From Candidatus Staskawiczbacteria bacterium RIFOXYB1_FULL_37_44 (GTDB lineage: Bacteria > Patescibacteriota > Minisyncoccia > Minisyncoccales > Staskawiczbacteraceae), in NCBI GenBank assembly GCA_001822065.1, contig MHPJ01000015.1, positions 7,186 through 71,185 of the forward strand: a DNA stretch of 64,000 nucleotides, written 5' to 3'. The notes under the pieces were generated by a model. It was not told where the DNA came from, searched no databases, and was given only the letters and a program-made list of their open reading frames with translations. This document shows positions 19,490 to 29,028 of this stretch, one piece after another (the first letter of the stretch is position 1; every line of letters starts with the position of its first letter). The position numbers and the translations under genes were made by a program.

Positions 19490-19777
19490 TTAGTTGCTGT
19501 AAATGCGGTTTTTTAACATCTTTATATTGTCAAAGAACGCACGAGCTTTTATTTCAAGTTTATTAGCCCAGTAATCGTTAACGACCTTTTCTATGCCAGC
19601 CCCAAGATAGAATGAGAATTTAATCTTACGAGGATTAGTCCTGTCTAATGAAAAAAGTTCAAACCCAGCCGTAATTAGCGAAGCAGATACGCCCAAATCA
19701 TAAGTGCTTAAGAACCCATTGTCTGAGGTAGCGTTTTTATTTTTAGGTAATTGATTTTTTGATAATTTTTTGGTCAT
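19490..19777 (-). CDS. DUF5659-like small protein
   Basis: TYDLGVSASL...F...IKMLKNRIY pattern. Confidence 0.6.
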   Translation of the reverse strand: MTKKLSKNQLPKNKNATSDNGFLSTYDLGVSASLITAGFELFSLDRTNPRKIKFSFYLGAGIEKVVNDYWANKLEIKARAFFDNIKMLKNRIYSN

Positions 19778-20054
19778 ATAATTTATGTTAAAATTTCAAA
19801 AAACCAGACAAAAAAACCAACAGTTATTTACTGCTGGTTTTATATTGTGAGCTTATGTGGAAATGAAAAAGCCAAAACAACAAATACCAGTCTATTAAAC
19901 AAACTGTTATTCATTGTCTTGGCTTCTTAGCTACCCATAGAACGGGTAGATTACCTAAAAAATCTTGAACAAGGCTCGCATTATGTCAGACCCATAAAAG
20001 GGGTAAGCCCATAAATTGATGCAAATTTTTGATTGATTTTAAGAACTTTACCTT

Positions 20055-20084
20055 ATTATACTTTATTTAACTGCGCTATGTCAA
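20055..20084 (-). promoter_or_regulatory. Consensus sigma70 promoter TTGACA-18-TATAAT for the rep operon
   Basis: Plus-strand attata 20055-20060 and tgtcaa 20079-20084. Confidence 0.7.
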
Positions 20085-20086
20085 GT

Positions 20087-21088
20087 TTATTTAACGGGAG
20101 TGAAACCAAAACGATTTTTTATTTTTTGTTTTTTTCTCTTTTCTAACTCCTTTTTAATTTCGCTGAGGGGTAATTTTTTTGTAGTCATAAATTTTATTTT
20201 TCCATTTTTATCTATGCTGAAGTAGTTTCTTTTTCGGCATTTATAGCACACTCTAAATTTACGGACACGAAAATCATTTAGATAGTCAGATATTTGTTTT
20301 TCTTCAGTGAGGTTTTCTTGTAGGAAGTGTCCACAACTTGCGCATCGCCAATCTGTATCATTATTTTTTTGCAGAAATAAACTAATCCTTTTTTGCAACG
20401 ATGTATTGGTTAGTTTCCTTATTTCTTCTTCTAATTTTTTAATGGGGTCTGCGATTATTACGAAACTTTTTGGCACTGCCGATACGCCCATTATTTGCGG
20501 TCTTGGCAGGTCTTTCCATTCAACATCTGGCTCATCGTCATAAAGTATTTTTATATTGCCAGAATAATCTGCTATCCAAGAAGCAACATCTAAATACTTA
20601 TTATCTAAATCGGAAAACTCAATCATTCTTTTTGGAAGGAAAACCTGAAAAGAGGCGAGTGCTTCAAGAACATAATTTAGTTCCTTTTTCTTTTTATATT
20701 CTTGGGGTATTTTATACAGTTTATCTTTTGCGATTTCTATAAATTCAATTAGCTTGTTTTTTGTCAGATAAAGTTCAATAAAATCGTGTGAAGAATAGTC
20801 ATATTTATCTTCTTCATTTATAAATTTGATTGCGCCCCTGTATTCAAGCCTCATCAAGGACTCTATCAAACTACTGTCTGATAAATCATAAATATCTTCT
20901 TTCCCTGATTTTAGTATTTCAGAAACATCTGCCCCATCTAATTTTATGTAATTATTGCTCAAAAGTATGTTTGGCTTTTCAGTGATAATTTTTAACAGCT
21001 TTTCTGCCACAAAAAGGTTTTGATTTTCAATCGCTTTTTTTTGCATATCAATATAATTTTTATTGTAATTTTGCCTTATTTTTAACAT
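20087..21088 (-). CDS. Hypothetical protein with C-terminal CxxC...CxxC zinc finger
   Basis: 333-aa ORF; CASC and CYKC; start codon uncertain. Confidence 0.65.
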   Translation of the reverse strand: MLKIRQNYNKNYIDMQKKAIENQNLFVAEKLLKIITEKPNILLSNNYIKLDGADVSEILKSGKEDIYDLSDSSLIESLMRLEYRGAIKFINEEDKYDYSSHDFIELYLTKNKLIEFIEIAKDKLYKIPQEYKKKKELNYVLEALASFQVFLPKRMIEFSDLDNKYLDVASWIADYSGNIKILYDDEPDVEWKDLPRPQIMGVSAVPKSFVIIADPIKKLEEEIRKLTNTSLQKRISLFLQKNNDTDWRCASCGHFLQENLTEEKQISDYLNDFRVRKFRVCYKCRKRNYFSIDKNGKIKFMTTKKLPLSEIKKELEKRKKQKIKNRFGFTPVK

Positions 21089-21226
21089 ATTTAGGCCACT
21101 TTTTCAATTATGGCTTTAAGTTGCGGACTTTATCTTTTTTTAATTTTAAGATAGTATAAATATAACAATTTAATAATGAGCCTAACCCTTATGAGTTCTG
21201 AAATTTATAAGGTATGGCACAAAAAC

Positions 21227-21360
21227 GGTTCAGGCCATTAAGCTCTCAGTCAGAGCACCTGAACCATCATATTCCGAAAGGTATATGGGTGTCGCAAGAC
21301 ATCGCTGGCTGGGAGCTTTATGTTTCCAGCGAGCGAAGGCATAAATAAAACGGTTCAGGT
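21227..21360 (+). promoter_or_regulatory. Structured 5' leader (two-state switch candidate) of the type III mod gene
   Basis: Competing helices and two GNRA-capped hairpins; see findings. Confidence 0.6.
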
Positions 21361-23028
21361 ATGCCAAATGAAAAAGAACTTCTTGAAGAAGTTAAATTTC
21401 TTAAAGAAGAAATAAAGAAAATAAAACCTAAAAAATACGGCCTTCTTTGGGAAACCAAAGACGAGGATGTTGTTTTGCAGTGCAAGGAAGAATTACCAGT
21501 TTTGATAGAAGATGACAAGAAGGAAATAAAAACAGATAAAAGCAAGCCCGTAAACATTCTAATTGAAGGAGATAATTATCACGCTCTTTCTGTTTTGAAT
21601 TACACTCATCAAGGAAAAATTGATGTCGTTTACATTGACCCGCCATATAATACTGGCGCAAAAGACTGGAAATATAATAATCATTTTGTTGATAATCTTG
21701 ATACCTATCGGCACAGTAAATGGATTTCAATGATGAACAGCCGTATTCGTTTAGCAAAGAAATTATTACAAAATACAGGGATTTTTATCTGTGCCGTAGA
21801 CCATTATGAACTTTTTAATTTAGGCCTGCTTTGTGATGAAATTTTTGGAGAAGAAAACAGATTGGGAGTAATTACAGTTGTCCATAAGCCAGAAGGAAGA
21901 CAGTTTGCAAATTTTTTTAGTCCTTCAAACGAGTTTATGCTGGTATATGCTAAAAATAAAAATTTAGCTAAATTTCAGGATGTTGTTTTAAGCGAGGGAA
22001 AATTAGAAGAATTTAACGAAGAAGATGAAAAAGGAAAATTCAAACTGCAAAATTTTATAAGGTTGACTGATGGAAAATATAGTTTAAGAAAAAATAAGCC
22101 CGCAGGATTTTATCCAATTTATGTAAGTAGTGATTTGATGAAATTTAGTCTTGAGAAAAAGGCCAACTATGAGGAGGCCTTACCAATAACAAATAAGGGG
22201 ATAGAGAGAGTATGGAAAACTTTTGGAGATACTTTTATGGAAAAGGTTGAAGATGGAGTTATTGTCGCAAAAAGAGAAAATGGAAAGTTAGTTTTATATG
22301 AAAAATTAAGGCCGAGCCAAGTATTGACGACTCATTGGATTGATAAAAAATATCACGGCTATCACTATGGCACGAAACTTTTAGAAGAAATTCTTGGAGA
22401 AAAAGTATTTGATTTTCCAAAATCGCTATATTTACTAATTGATATACTTAAAATTACGACCAACGAAAAAGCCATTATATTAGATTTTTTTGCTGGTTCA
22501 GGCACTACTGGACACGCAGTTTTGGAATTGAATAAAGCCGATGGTGGTAATCGGCAGGTAATTTTATGCACGAATAATGAAAACAAAATCGCAGAAAATG
22601 TTTGCTATCCAAGAATGAAGAAAGTTATTGATGGTTATTCATCTAACAAAGGGTTGGGCGGAAACTTAAAATACTACAAAACTGATTTCGTTGATGCTGA
22701 ACCAACAGACATAAATAAGAAAAAACTTGTTGATAAGTCAACAGAAATGTTGTGTCTTAAAGATGACTGTTTTAATGAAATAAAAAGAACTAAAACTTAT
22801 AGCATTTTTACCAATAATTGGGGCAAAAATTTAGGCATTATCTACGATGATGCTGGCATAGCTCCCTTCAAAAAAGAGGTGGAAAAGATAAACAAAAAAT
22901 TTATTGTTTATGTTTTTTCTTTAGATGAAAGCGCAAGAGAAGAAGAATTTGAAGATATAAAAAAGTTGGTTGAATTAAAGCCAATCCCAGCAGTTATTCT
23001 TAATGTGTATAAGCGTATATTCAAATGA
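21361..23028 (+). CDS. Type III R-M methyltransferase (Mod)
   Basis: IEGDN, YIDPPYNTG, FPKS, LDFFAGSGTTGHAV. Confidence 0.93.
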   Translation: MPNEKELLEEVKFLKEEIKKIKPKKYGLLWETKDEDVVLQCKEELPVLIEDDKKEIKTDKSKPVNILIEGDNYHALSVLNYTHQGKIDVVYIDPPYNTGAKDWKYNNHFVDNLDTYRHSKWISMMNSRIRLAKKLLQNTGIFICAVDHYELFNLGLLCDEIFGEENRLGVITVVHKPEGRQFANFFSPSNEFMLVYAKNKNLAKFQDVVLSEGKLEEFNEEDEKGKFKLQNFIRLTDGKYSLRKNKPAGFYPIYVSSDLMKFSLEKKANYEEALPITNKGIERVWKTFGDTFMEKVEDGVIVAKRENGKLVLYEKLRPSQVLTTHWIDKKYHGYHYGTKLLEEILGEKVFDFPKSLYLLIDILKITTNEKAIILDFFAGSGTTGHAVLELNKADGGNRQVILCTNNENKIAENVCYPRMKKVIDGYSSNKGLGGNLKYYKTDFVDAEPTDINKKKLVDKSTEMLCLKDDCFNEIKRTKTYSIFTNNWGKNLGIIYDDAGIAPFKKEVEKINKKFIVYVFSLDESAREEEFEDIKKLVELKPIPAVILNVYKRIFK

Positions 23029-25211
23029 TTGAGCTAAAAGATTACCAAAAAAAAGCAGTAGAAAATCTGCATAGAAAAATAGAAAACTCTTTAAGGTCTT
23101 CTGATAATGAAGTAGTTATTTTTCAAGCCCCAACTGGTTCTGGTAAAACAGTGATGGTTTCTGAATTACTTAAGGAGCTTATTTCGGGCAGAGAAGACGA
23201 CAAAAAGTTTTCTTTTGTTTGGGTTTCCGTAAGGATGTTGCACGAACAAAGCAAAGAGAAATTAGAAGTTTATTATGAAGACAACAGGTCTTTGAAATGC
23301 TCATATTTTGAAGATTTGGAAGACAAAAAAATAGGCGAGAACGAAATCCTATTTATAAATTGGCACAGCATAAACAAAAAAGACATCAACCTTTTTGTAA
23401 GAGATAATGAGCAGGATAATAACTTAAATTCAATAATAAAAAATACAAAGGATGATAATAGAACCATTATTTTAATTATTGACGAAAGTCATCACACAGC
23501 AAACTCGGAAAAATCAAAAGAACTTATTGAAATAATTAGTCCAAAAATAACATTAGAGGTTTCTGCTACCCCGCATTTAACCGAAAACATAGCCGAGATA
23601 GAAAAAGTCCGCTTGTTTGATGTTAAGGCAGAAGAAATGATTAAATCTGAAATTTCTGTAAACCCAGAATTTCTTGATGCTAAAATCGGCACTAAAAGCT
23701 CGGACGAGGTTGTTATTGAGGAGGCCTTAAAAAAAAGAGAGGAGCTGGCCAAAATGTATAAAAAAGAAGGTTCAAAAATAAATCCTTTGATGCTTATTCA
23801 GCTACCAGATAATAAAGCTGGCCTGATTAGTAAGCAGGAAGGAGTCATCAAAATTTTAGGAAAAAAGAGAATAACAGAAAAAAACGGTAAGCTGGCTATC
23901 TGGTTGTCAGAAGAGAAATCAGACACCCTGCCCGATATAGAAAAAAATAATAGCGATGTTGAAGTCTTAATTTTCAAACAGGCCATTGCTCTTGGCTGGG
24001 ATTGCCCCAGAGCTTCAATTTTAGTAATTTTTAGGGAGTCTAAAAGTTTTACCTTTACAATACAGACTATTGGTAGAATAATGAGGATGCCCGAATTAAA
24101 ATACTATTCAAAAGAACCAGACCTGAATAATGGTTTCGTTTTTACTAATCTTCCGAGCATTGAGATAACCGAAGAATATGCTAAAGACTACATCACTATT
24201 TATGAGGCAAAAAGAGATAACAAAATTTATAAAGATATTTCTTTGCCATCCATCTATTTGAAAAGGCAAAGAGAAAGAACTCGTTTGTCGGGAGAATTTC
24301 TAAAACTTTTCTTGAAGGTTGCAGTAGAAAACGATTTGGCGCAGAAGGTTAATCTTAAACCAGTTAAGATAATAAGCCCAATAATAGCTGATGGCAAAAT
24401 TGTTGATATTGATAAGTTTGGAGAAATAGAACATAAGGGAACGATAAGCGTTGCGCTTAATGAAAAAGAACTACAAGAAAGGTTTGATAAATTCATTTTT
24501 CAAAACTGCACCCCCTATGCACCAGTTGATTCCAGCGACAGAATGAAAACTGCTTTATATCAATTTTTTAACCAAAAATTTAAGTTTGAAAAATACGACC
24601 CGAAAGTCCAAAGAATTGTTTTGGGGAAAGAAAATGTTCAGCTATTTGTAGATGCCATCAACTTGGCCAAAGAAAGATACAAAAAGGAAGTCATTGAAAA
24701 ATTAAGCGAGAAGAGGGAACTGCAAGAAACTCCCAGTTGGGAAGTGCCGATGTTTATTACCTATAACAGTAGATATAAGGCCGAGATACAGCCCCTTTCT
24801 GCCGTAAAACCCTTCTACACGGCCAAACCAAGCGAACCAGAGCGATTATTTATAGAGATGCTCAATGGTTCAAAGGAGATTAAATGGTGGTATAAAAATG
24901 GCGATACCGAGATAAAATACTTCGCCGTTTTGAGGGAAGATGATTTTGCTTTCTACCCAGACTTTATATTTCAGATGAAAGACGGCACTATTTGGATACT
25001 TGATACTAAGTCTGGCAGGACGGCTGAAACAAGTGATGCTAAGCCGAGAGCCGAAGCCTTACAAAAGTATATCAAGACTCAAAACAAAAAAGGTAAAAAT
25101 CTTATGGGAGGCATTGCGGTTTATGTGAATGGAACTTGGAGATACAACGATAACGAAAAATATGAATACGACCCGAACGACCTATCAAGCTGGAAAGTGC
25201 TTGGATTGTAA
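23025..25211 (+). CDS. Type III R-M endonuclease (Res), SF2 helicase plus PD-(D/E)xK
   Basis: APTGSGKT, IIDESHH, GWDCPRA, QTIGRIMR, FYPDF..LDTK; ATGA overlap with mod. Confidence 0.92.
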   Translation: MIELKDYQKKAVENLHRKIENSLRSSDNEVVIFQAPTGSGKTVMVSELLKELISGREDDKKFSFVWVSVRMLHEQSKEKLEVYYEDNRSLKCSYFEDLEDKKIGENEILFINWHSINKKDINLFVRDNEQDNNLNSIIKNTKDDNRTIILIIDESHHTANSEKSKELIEIISPKITLEVSATPHLTENIAEIEKVRLFDVKAEEMIKSEISVNPEFLDAKIGTKSSDEVVIEEALKKREELAKMYKKEGSKINPLMLIQLPDNKAGLISKQEGVIKILGKKRITEKNGKLAIWLSEEKSDTLPDIEKNNSDVEVLIFKQAIALGWDCPRASILVIFRESKSFTFTIQTIGRIMRMPELKYYSKEPDLNNGFVFTNLPSIEITEEYAKDYITIYEAKRDNKIYKDISLPSIYLKRQRERTRLSGEFLKLFLKVAVENDLAQKVNLKPVKIISPIIADGKIVDIDKFGEIEHKGTISVALNEKELQERFDKFIFQNCTPYAPVDSSDRMKTALYQFFNQKFKFEKYDPKVQRIVLGKENVQLFVDAINLAKERYKKEVIEKLSEKRELQETPSWEVPMFITYNSRYKAEIQPLSAVKPFYTAKPSEPERLFIEMLNGSKEIKWWYKNGDTEIKYFAVLREDDFAFYPDFIFQMKDGTIWILDTKSGRTAETSDAKPRAEALQKYIKTQNKKGKNLMGGIAVYVNGTWRYNDNEKYEYDPNDLSSWKVLGL

Positions 25212-25422
25212 GTTGAAAAAAGTTTAATAAAAAAGGGAGCAAACAAAAAGCTCTCTTTTTTCGTATAAATATAATAGGTAGTTAAATCGTTAATTTAATC
25301 TTCATATAATTAGGTTATTATTGTATATTACTGTATGATAAAGGAACTTGATTGTTTGGGGAAAATATGCTATTGACACTGTATCCATATTTTGAGAAAA
25401 TATACTAATCTAATATAACATT

Positions 25423-26136
25423 ATGGTATTCAAAGCTATCAAAACTAATCGTAGCCTTAGAATTCCACCGAAGAAGTCAGAGGCATATTTGTCTGACCTT
25501 TTTTTTATTTTATATTTTATATATCTCAATAAAGACAAAACAAGGAGCAAGATAAATATACAAAAAGGAATAGTATATGTTTTAGAAAAACTTTTGGAGA
25601 AGGGTAAATTAGACGATATAAAAGTATTCAACCTCCCATTTTATCGCTGGACATTCGGCGATTATAACAAATATATTGCTACGGGTTATTTGCCAGAGCT
25701 TATGGGTGGAAATCTCATTGATGAAGGCGAACAACCTTACAACTATAAAACAACAGAAAAGGCGAATAAATTTCTTGAAAGATTTGAAAAGGAAAATAGC
25801 TCTAATGAGGACTTATTATTGATAAAAGATATTATAAATTCTTATCCCAATGAAAACGACTTTTGGAAACCATTCAGGTTCTCTCACGAGAGGAAGGTAA
25901 AAGTTGGTGAACAAGAAAAATCAGTGGATAGCTTGGAAAAAGATGAAAGTATAGCAATAGCATATAATTCTAACCCAGAAGACGAAGACGGCTCTAAGTC
26001 AAACATAATTTCTACGAGCTATCTTTTGGCCTTAAATTCGTTATTGGAAGAAACGAAAATTGGACAACCGAAGGAGTCAGATTTAATAACATCTGAAATA
26101 ATAAGCAAACTCTTTGAAAGTGCGGGAATAGAGTAA
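25423..26136 (+). CDS. Putative Panacea/DUF4065-like antitoxin
   Basis: KINIQK..VY...FYRWTFGDY resembles the LQKLxY...FxxWxxGP signature. Confidence 0.45.
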   Translation: MVFKAIKTNRSLRIPPKKSEAYLSDLFFILYFIYLNKDKTRSKINIQKGIVYVLEKLLEKGKLDDIKVFNLPFYRWTFGDYNKYIATGYLPELMGGNLIDEGEQPYNYKTTEKANKFLERFEKENSSNEDLLLIKDIINSYPNENDFWKPFRFSHERKVKVGEQEKSVDSLEKDESIAIAYNSNPEDEDGSKSNIISTSYLLALNSLLEETKIGQPKESDLITSEIISKLFESAGIE

Positions 26137-26145
26137 AATATAGAT

Positions 26146-26592
26146 ATGAAACTCTTTCCTGCAAGTAATCTTGTTCTACTACACACGAGCTTTGAAGTGA
26201 AGCTCGCTTATTTATTTTGTCATAACCCAGAAGCCAAGAAGAATATAACGACCATATTAAAGAGGTTAGAAGAATTTTCAAAAAATCTAAATTTAGCCGA
26301 TGGCACATTAGAGGGAGTAAAAAGGTTCAAGGAGGCGCAGGGGTTAGAAATTTCACGAACTTTCCCTAAGCCATATTTTGATAGTGGTTTCCATAAAGCA
26401 GACGACCTCTTTTTTTATCTAAAAGAGCAAGATGTTAATGGTTATTGGGTAGTTGGTATAGACTTGTTCTTTCCACATCTTTTATCTGAACAGTCTTTGG
26501 CCGAAGAATTAAGGAGTTGCTCTTTTATGGGAGGGTATCCATCATCTAATGATTTAAGGTTCTGCGAAATATACAATATAACTTACAATTAA
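26146..26592 (+). CDS. Hypothetical protein, candidate toxin partner
   Basis: 148-aa ORF 9 nt downstream of the DUF4065-like gene. Confidence 0.55.
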   Translation: MKLFPASNLVLLHTSFEVKLAYLFCHNPEAKKNITTILKRLEEFSKNLNLADGTLEGVKRFKEAQGLEISRTFPKPYFDSGFHKADDLFFYLKEQDVNGYWVVGIDLFFPHLLSEQSLAEELRSCSFMGGYPSSNDLRFCEIYNITYN

Positions 26593-26669
26593 ATTAAGAA
26601 ACTGGTATTTGGCCTTTATTAGATAGGTCTGGGATGTAAATATACTCTTTTTGTTGTTGTATTGTGGTT

Positions 26670-28214
26670 CTAATAGTGTTCACGAGGTTGCGCAATAATA
26701 AAACTTTTTTCTTTTTTCCCGACGAAATCGTGGGCGGCCGAAATGGCCGCCCAGTGTTTTTGTGAGGGGAAATCCGTTCCGCTCGGCGCGCTGCGGCGCA
26801 CCTCGCGATTTGCCAAAACGAGGTTCAATCCGAAAATTTCTTTAGTAGCAGCCTTTTTATTCAAAAGGCTGCTTTCGTTTGCGGTTTTTGCTATGGTTTG
26901 TGCATAATTTATCCAATTTTGCATAGGTTCAACCCAGCCGAATCGCTTTTGTTCAAGAGTGTTGATTTTTTCTTCCAGCGATTTCTTTTCGCTTACCAGC
27001 TCTGATTTTTTGGCAAGATAAATTTCTCGTTCAACAACTTGGTCAAGGTACGAATCCAGAAGTCGCTGAATTTTAACAGAAATGTTTTCGATTTTTTCTT
27101 GCGCCTCTTGAACAAAAGCGGTGAAAGATTGGGCGGTTTCTATTTTGTCTTTTTCAAGTTTTTTATTTAACTCTTCGGCCCAATCTTTTTTCAAAGAAAA
27201 TTTTTGAAGCAAAGAGGAAATTTGTTTGTCTAAAATTTCTTGCCGCACAGGCGGTTCAGCGCATTTTATTGTTTTTGATTTTCTTGAACATCGGTAATAA
27301 ACATAATGGTGGACATTTCCATTTTTTTGTTTTTTGATTCTTTTTTCCGCAGTTATCATCATTCCGCAGGTTCCGCACCTCAATAATCCGCAAAACGCTT
27401 GCGGTTGGTTTTTACTGCTTTTTCTTATTTTTCCTCTTTGCTTTAAAATTTCTTGAACTTTATCAAAAATTTTCTTTGAAACTATCGGCTGGTGTTTGCC
27501 TTCGTATATTTCTTTGGTATAGCGGAACAATCCAACATAGAACGGATTTTGAAGAATAAACGAAACCCTATCTTTGTGGATTCGCTTTCCGGTTTTTGAT
27601 AATATGCCGTTTTGCGCCAAAAAGTTGGCGATATCTTCCAATCTACTTTCGTTTTTAGCGTAAAGCTCAAATGCTTTGCGGATAATTATACTTCGTTTTT
27701 TGTGAACCATAATTGATTTTGTCCGCACATCATTTATGTAGCCAATCGGCGCAAGCCCTGGATATTCTCCGCGTTTGGCTTTTTGGCGTTGTCCTCGTTT
27801 CGTGTTTTCGGAAAGCGAATCAATGTAGTATTTGCTTTGTCCGAAAGCGATGTTTAGCATAAATTTTCCCTGTGGCGTTGGTTCAAACCAAAATGTTGAA
27901 AATTTTAACGCTTGCAAATGCCCGCAGTCTACAAGATAAATTATTTTTCCGCCGTCAACAGAATTGCGCGCCAGCCTGTCAGGATGCCATGCCAAAATTC
28001 CGTTAGCTTCGCCTTTTTCAATTCGTTTTATCATTTCGTTGAAAATTGGTCTGCCCGGAATTTTGGCAGATTGTTTTTCAATTAACTCATCAACAATTTC
28101 TAAATTTTCCTTTTCGGCAAAATCGCGCAATTCAGCGATTTGGTCTTCAATAGACCTGACTTGTCGTTCTTCCTCATCTGTGGACTTGCGGGCATATAAA
28201 AAGAATTTTTGCAT
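26670..28214 (-). CDS. Large serine recombinase 2
   Basis: MQKFFLYARKSTD, WHPDRLARN, CGTCG...YYRC; ATG at 28214 preferred. Confidence 0.93.
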   Translation of the reverse strand: MQKFFLYARKSTDEEERQVRSIEDQIAELRDFAEKENLEIVDELIEKQSAKIPGRPIFNEMIKRIEKGEANGILAWHPDRLARNSVDGGKIIYLVDCGHLQALKFSTFWFEPTPQGKFMLNIAFGQSKYYIDSLSENTKRGQRQKAKRGEYPGLAPIGYINDVRTKSIMVHKKRSIIIRKAFELYAKNESRLEDIANFLAQNGILSKTGKRIHKDRVSFILQNPFYVGLFRYTKEIYEGKHQPIVSKKIFDKVQEILKQRGKIRKSSKNQPQAFCGLLRCGTCGMMITAEKRIKKQKNGNVHHYVYYRCSRKSKTIKCAEPPVRQEILDKQISSLLQKFSLKKDWAEELNKKLEKDKIETAQSFTAFVQEAQEKIENISVKIQRLLDSYLDQVVEREIYLAKKSELVSEKKSLEEKINTLEQKRFGWVEPMQNWINYAQTIAKTANESSLLNKKAATKEIFGLNLVLANREVRRSAPSGTDFPSQKHWAAISAAHDFVGKKEKSFIIAQPREHY

Positions 28215-28245
28215 AAATTTGTTTTGTTTAATTTTAATCAACTTA

Positions 28246-28331
28246 AATGGCCGCCCCGGTGCACTCAATCCAAGTTGCCTTGAACTGTCCGAGACGGCCA
28301 TTGAAAAAGACAACTTGTTCGACTGAGTGCA
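28246..28331 (-). ncRNA. Pseudoknot-type 5' leader RNA of LSR2
   Basis: Interleaved inverted repeats with four G.U pairs on the minus strand; TGnTATAAT immediately upstream. Confidence 0.72.
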
Positions 28332-28394
28332 ATTTTATTATATCACAGCCAGAAGAAAAGCAAAAATTCTTTTTATCGGGCAAAGCAAATACTA

Positions 28395-28706
28395 AACCTC
28401 GTTTTGGCAAATCGCGAGGCGCGCCAAAGCGCGCCGAGCGGAACGGATTTCCCCTCACAAAAACACTGGGCGGCCATTTCAGCCGCCCACGATTTCGTCG
28501 GGAAAAAAGAAAAAAGTTTTATCGTTGCGTATCTTTACGACGAAGTTAGAACCTATTTTGTAGAAAACTCCTAAAATTTCCCGCCCCGCCAGCTGGCGGG
28601 GCGGGCAGAAACAAAATCGGAAAAATCGGCTCGGGTGCAAAAAATTCTTTTGGGGTGTGGGGCAAAAGGAAATTTTTTGCGTCCTCGCCGCCGCGAAATT
28701 TTTTTA
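28395..28706 (+). repeat. About 310-bp inverted repeat, left copy (complete attP-like LSR2 3' end)
   Basis: Reverse complement of 30466-30776; first ~135 bp also matches 26691-26826. Confidence 0.92.
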
Positions 28707-28791
28707 TAATTAGATACAGCCCCTTGATTTTTTGTTAAAAAGGGGTCAAACTTAAATAATAGGTTATTTTCAATAGGCAGGCGAAAGAACA

Positions 28792-29019
28792 ATGGAAAAT
28801 AAAAAAGATTTAATAATTGGTATAATTGTTTTGGTAGTTATAGGAATTAGCGTTCTCTATACTATTTTTACAGAACCCATTTCTAATAAAATCCCTACGG
28901 CTGAAGAGGAAAAGGCCTTAGAGAAAAAAATTTTGGATAGATATGGAAGTTGGGAAAACGCAGAATACCAAGCACAACAAAATGAACAGGAATGTTTTAA
29001 TCCACCACTTTGTAGATAA
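28792..29019 (+). CDS. Small membrane-anchored hypothetical protein
   Basis: 75 aa with N-terminal TM. Confidence 0.65.
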   Translation: MENKKDLIIGIIVLVVIGISVLYTIFTEPISNKIPTAEEEKALEKKILDRYGSWENAEYQAQQNEQECFNPPLCR

Positions 29020-29028
29020 CAAAAATTT

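Larger units (their letters stand above)
16374..26693. mobile_element. Integrative element 1 (about 10.3 kb) at the tRNA-Asp 3' end
   Basis: GCGC core at 16374-16377 and 26690-26693; rejoining restores an in-frame recombinase C-terminus and a gttcac/gtgaac symmetric site. Confidence 0.8.

Noticed and set aside
28215..28313. N-terminal extension of LSR2 in the ORF track
   Set aside because: It overlaps the structured leader downstream of the promoter; the catalytic domain begins at MQKFFLYARKS (28214).
28243..28792. Short ORFs 28243-28458, 28247-28549, 28571-28792 (and 30532-30792)
   Set aside because: Shadow frames across GC-rich repeat and att DNA; only the recombinase-tail frame is meaningful.
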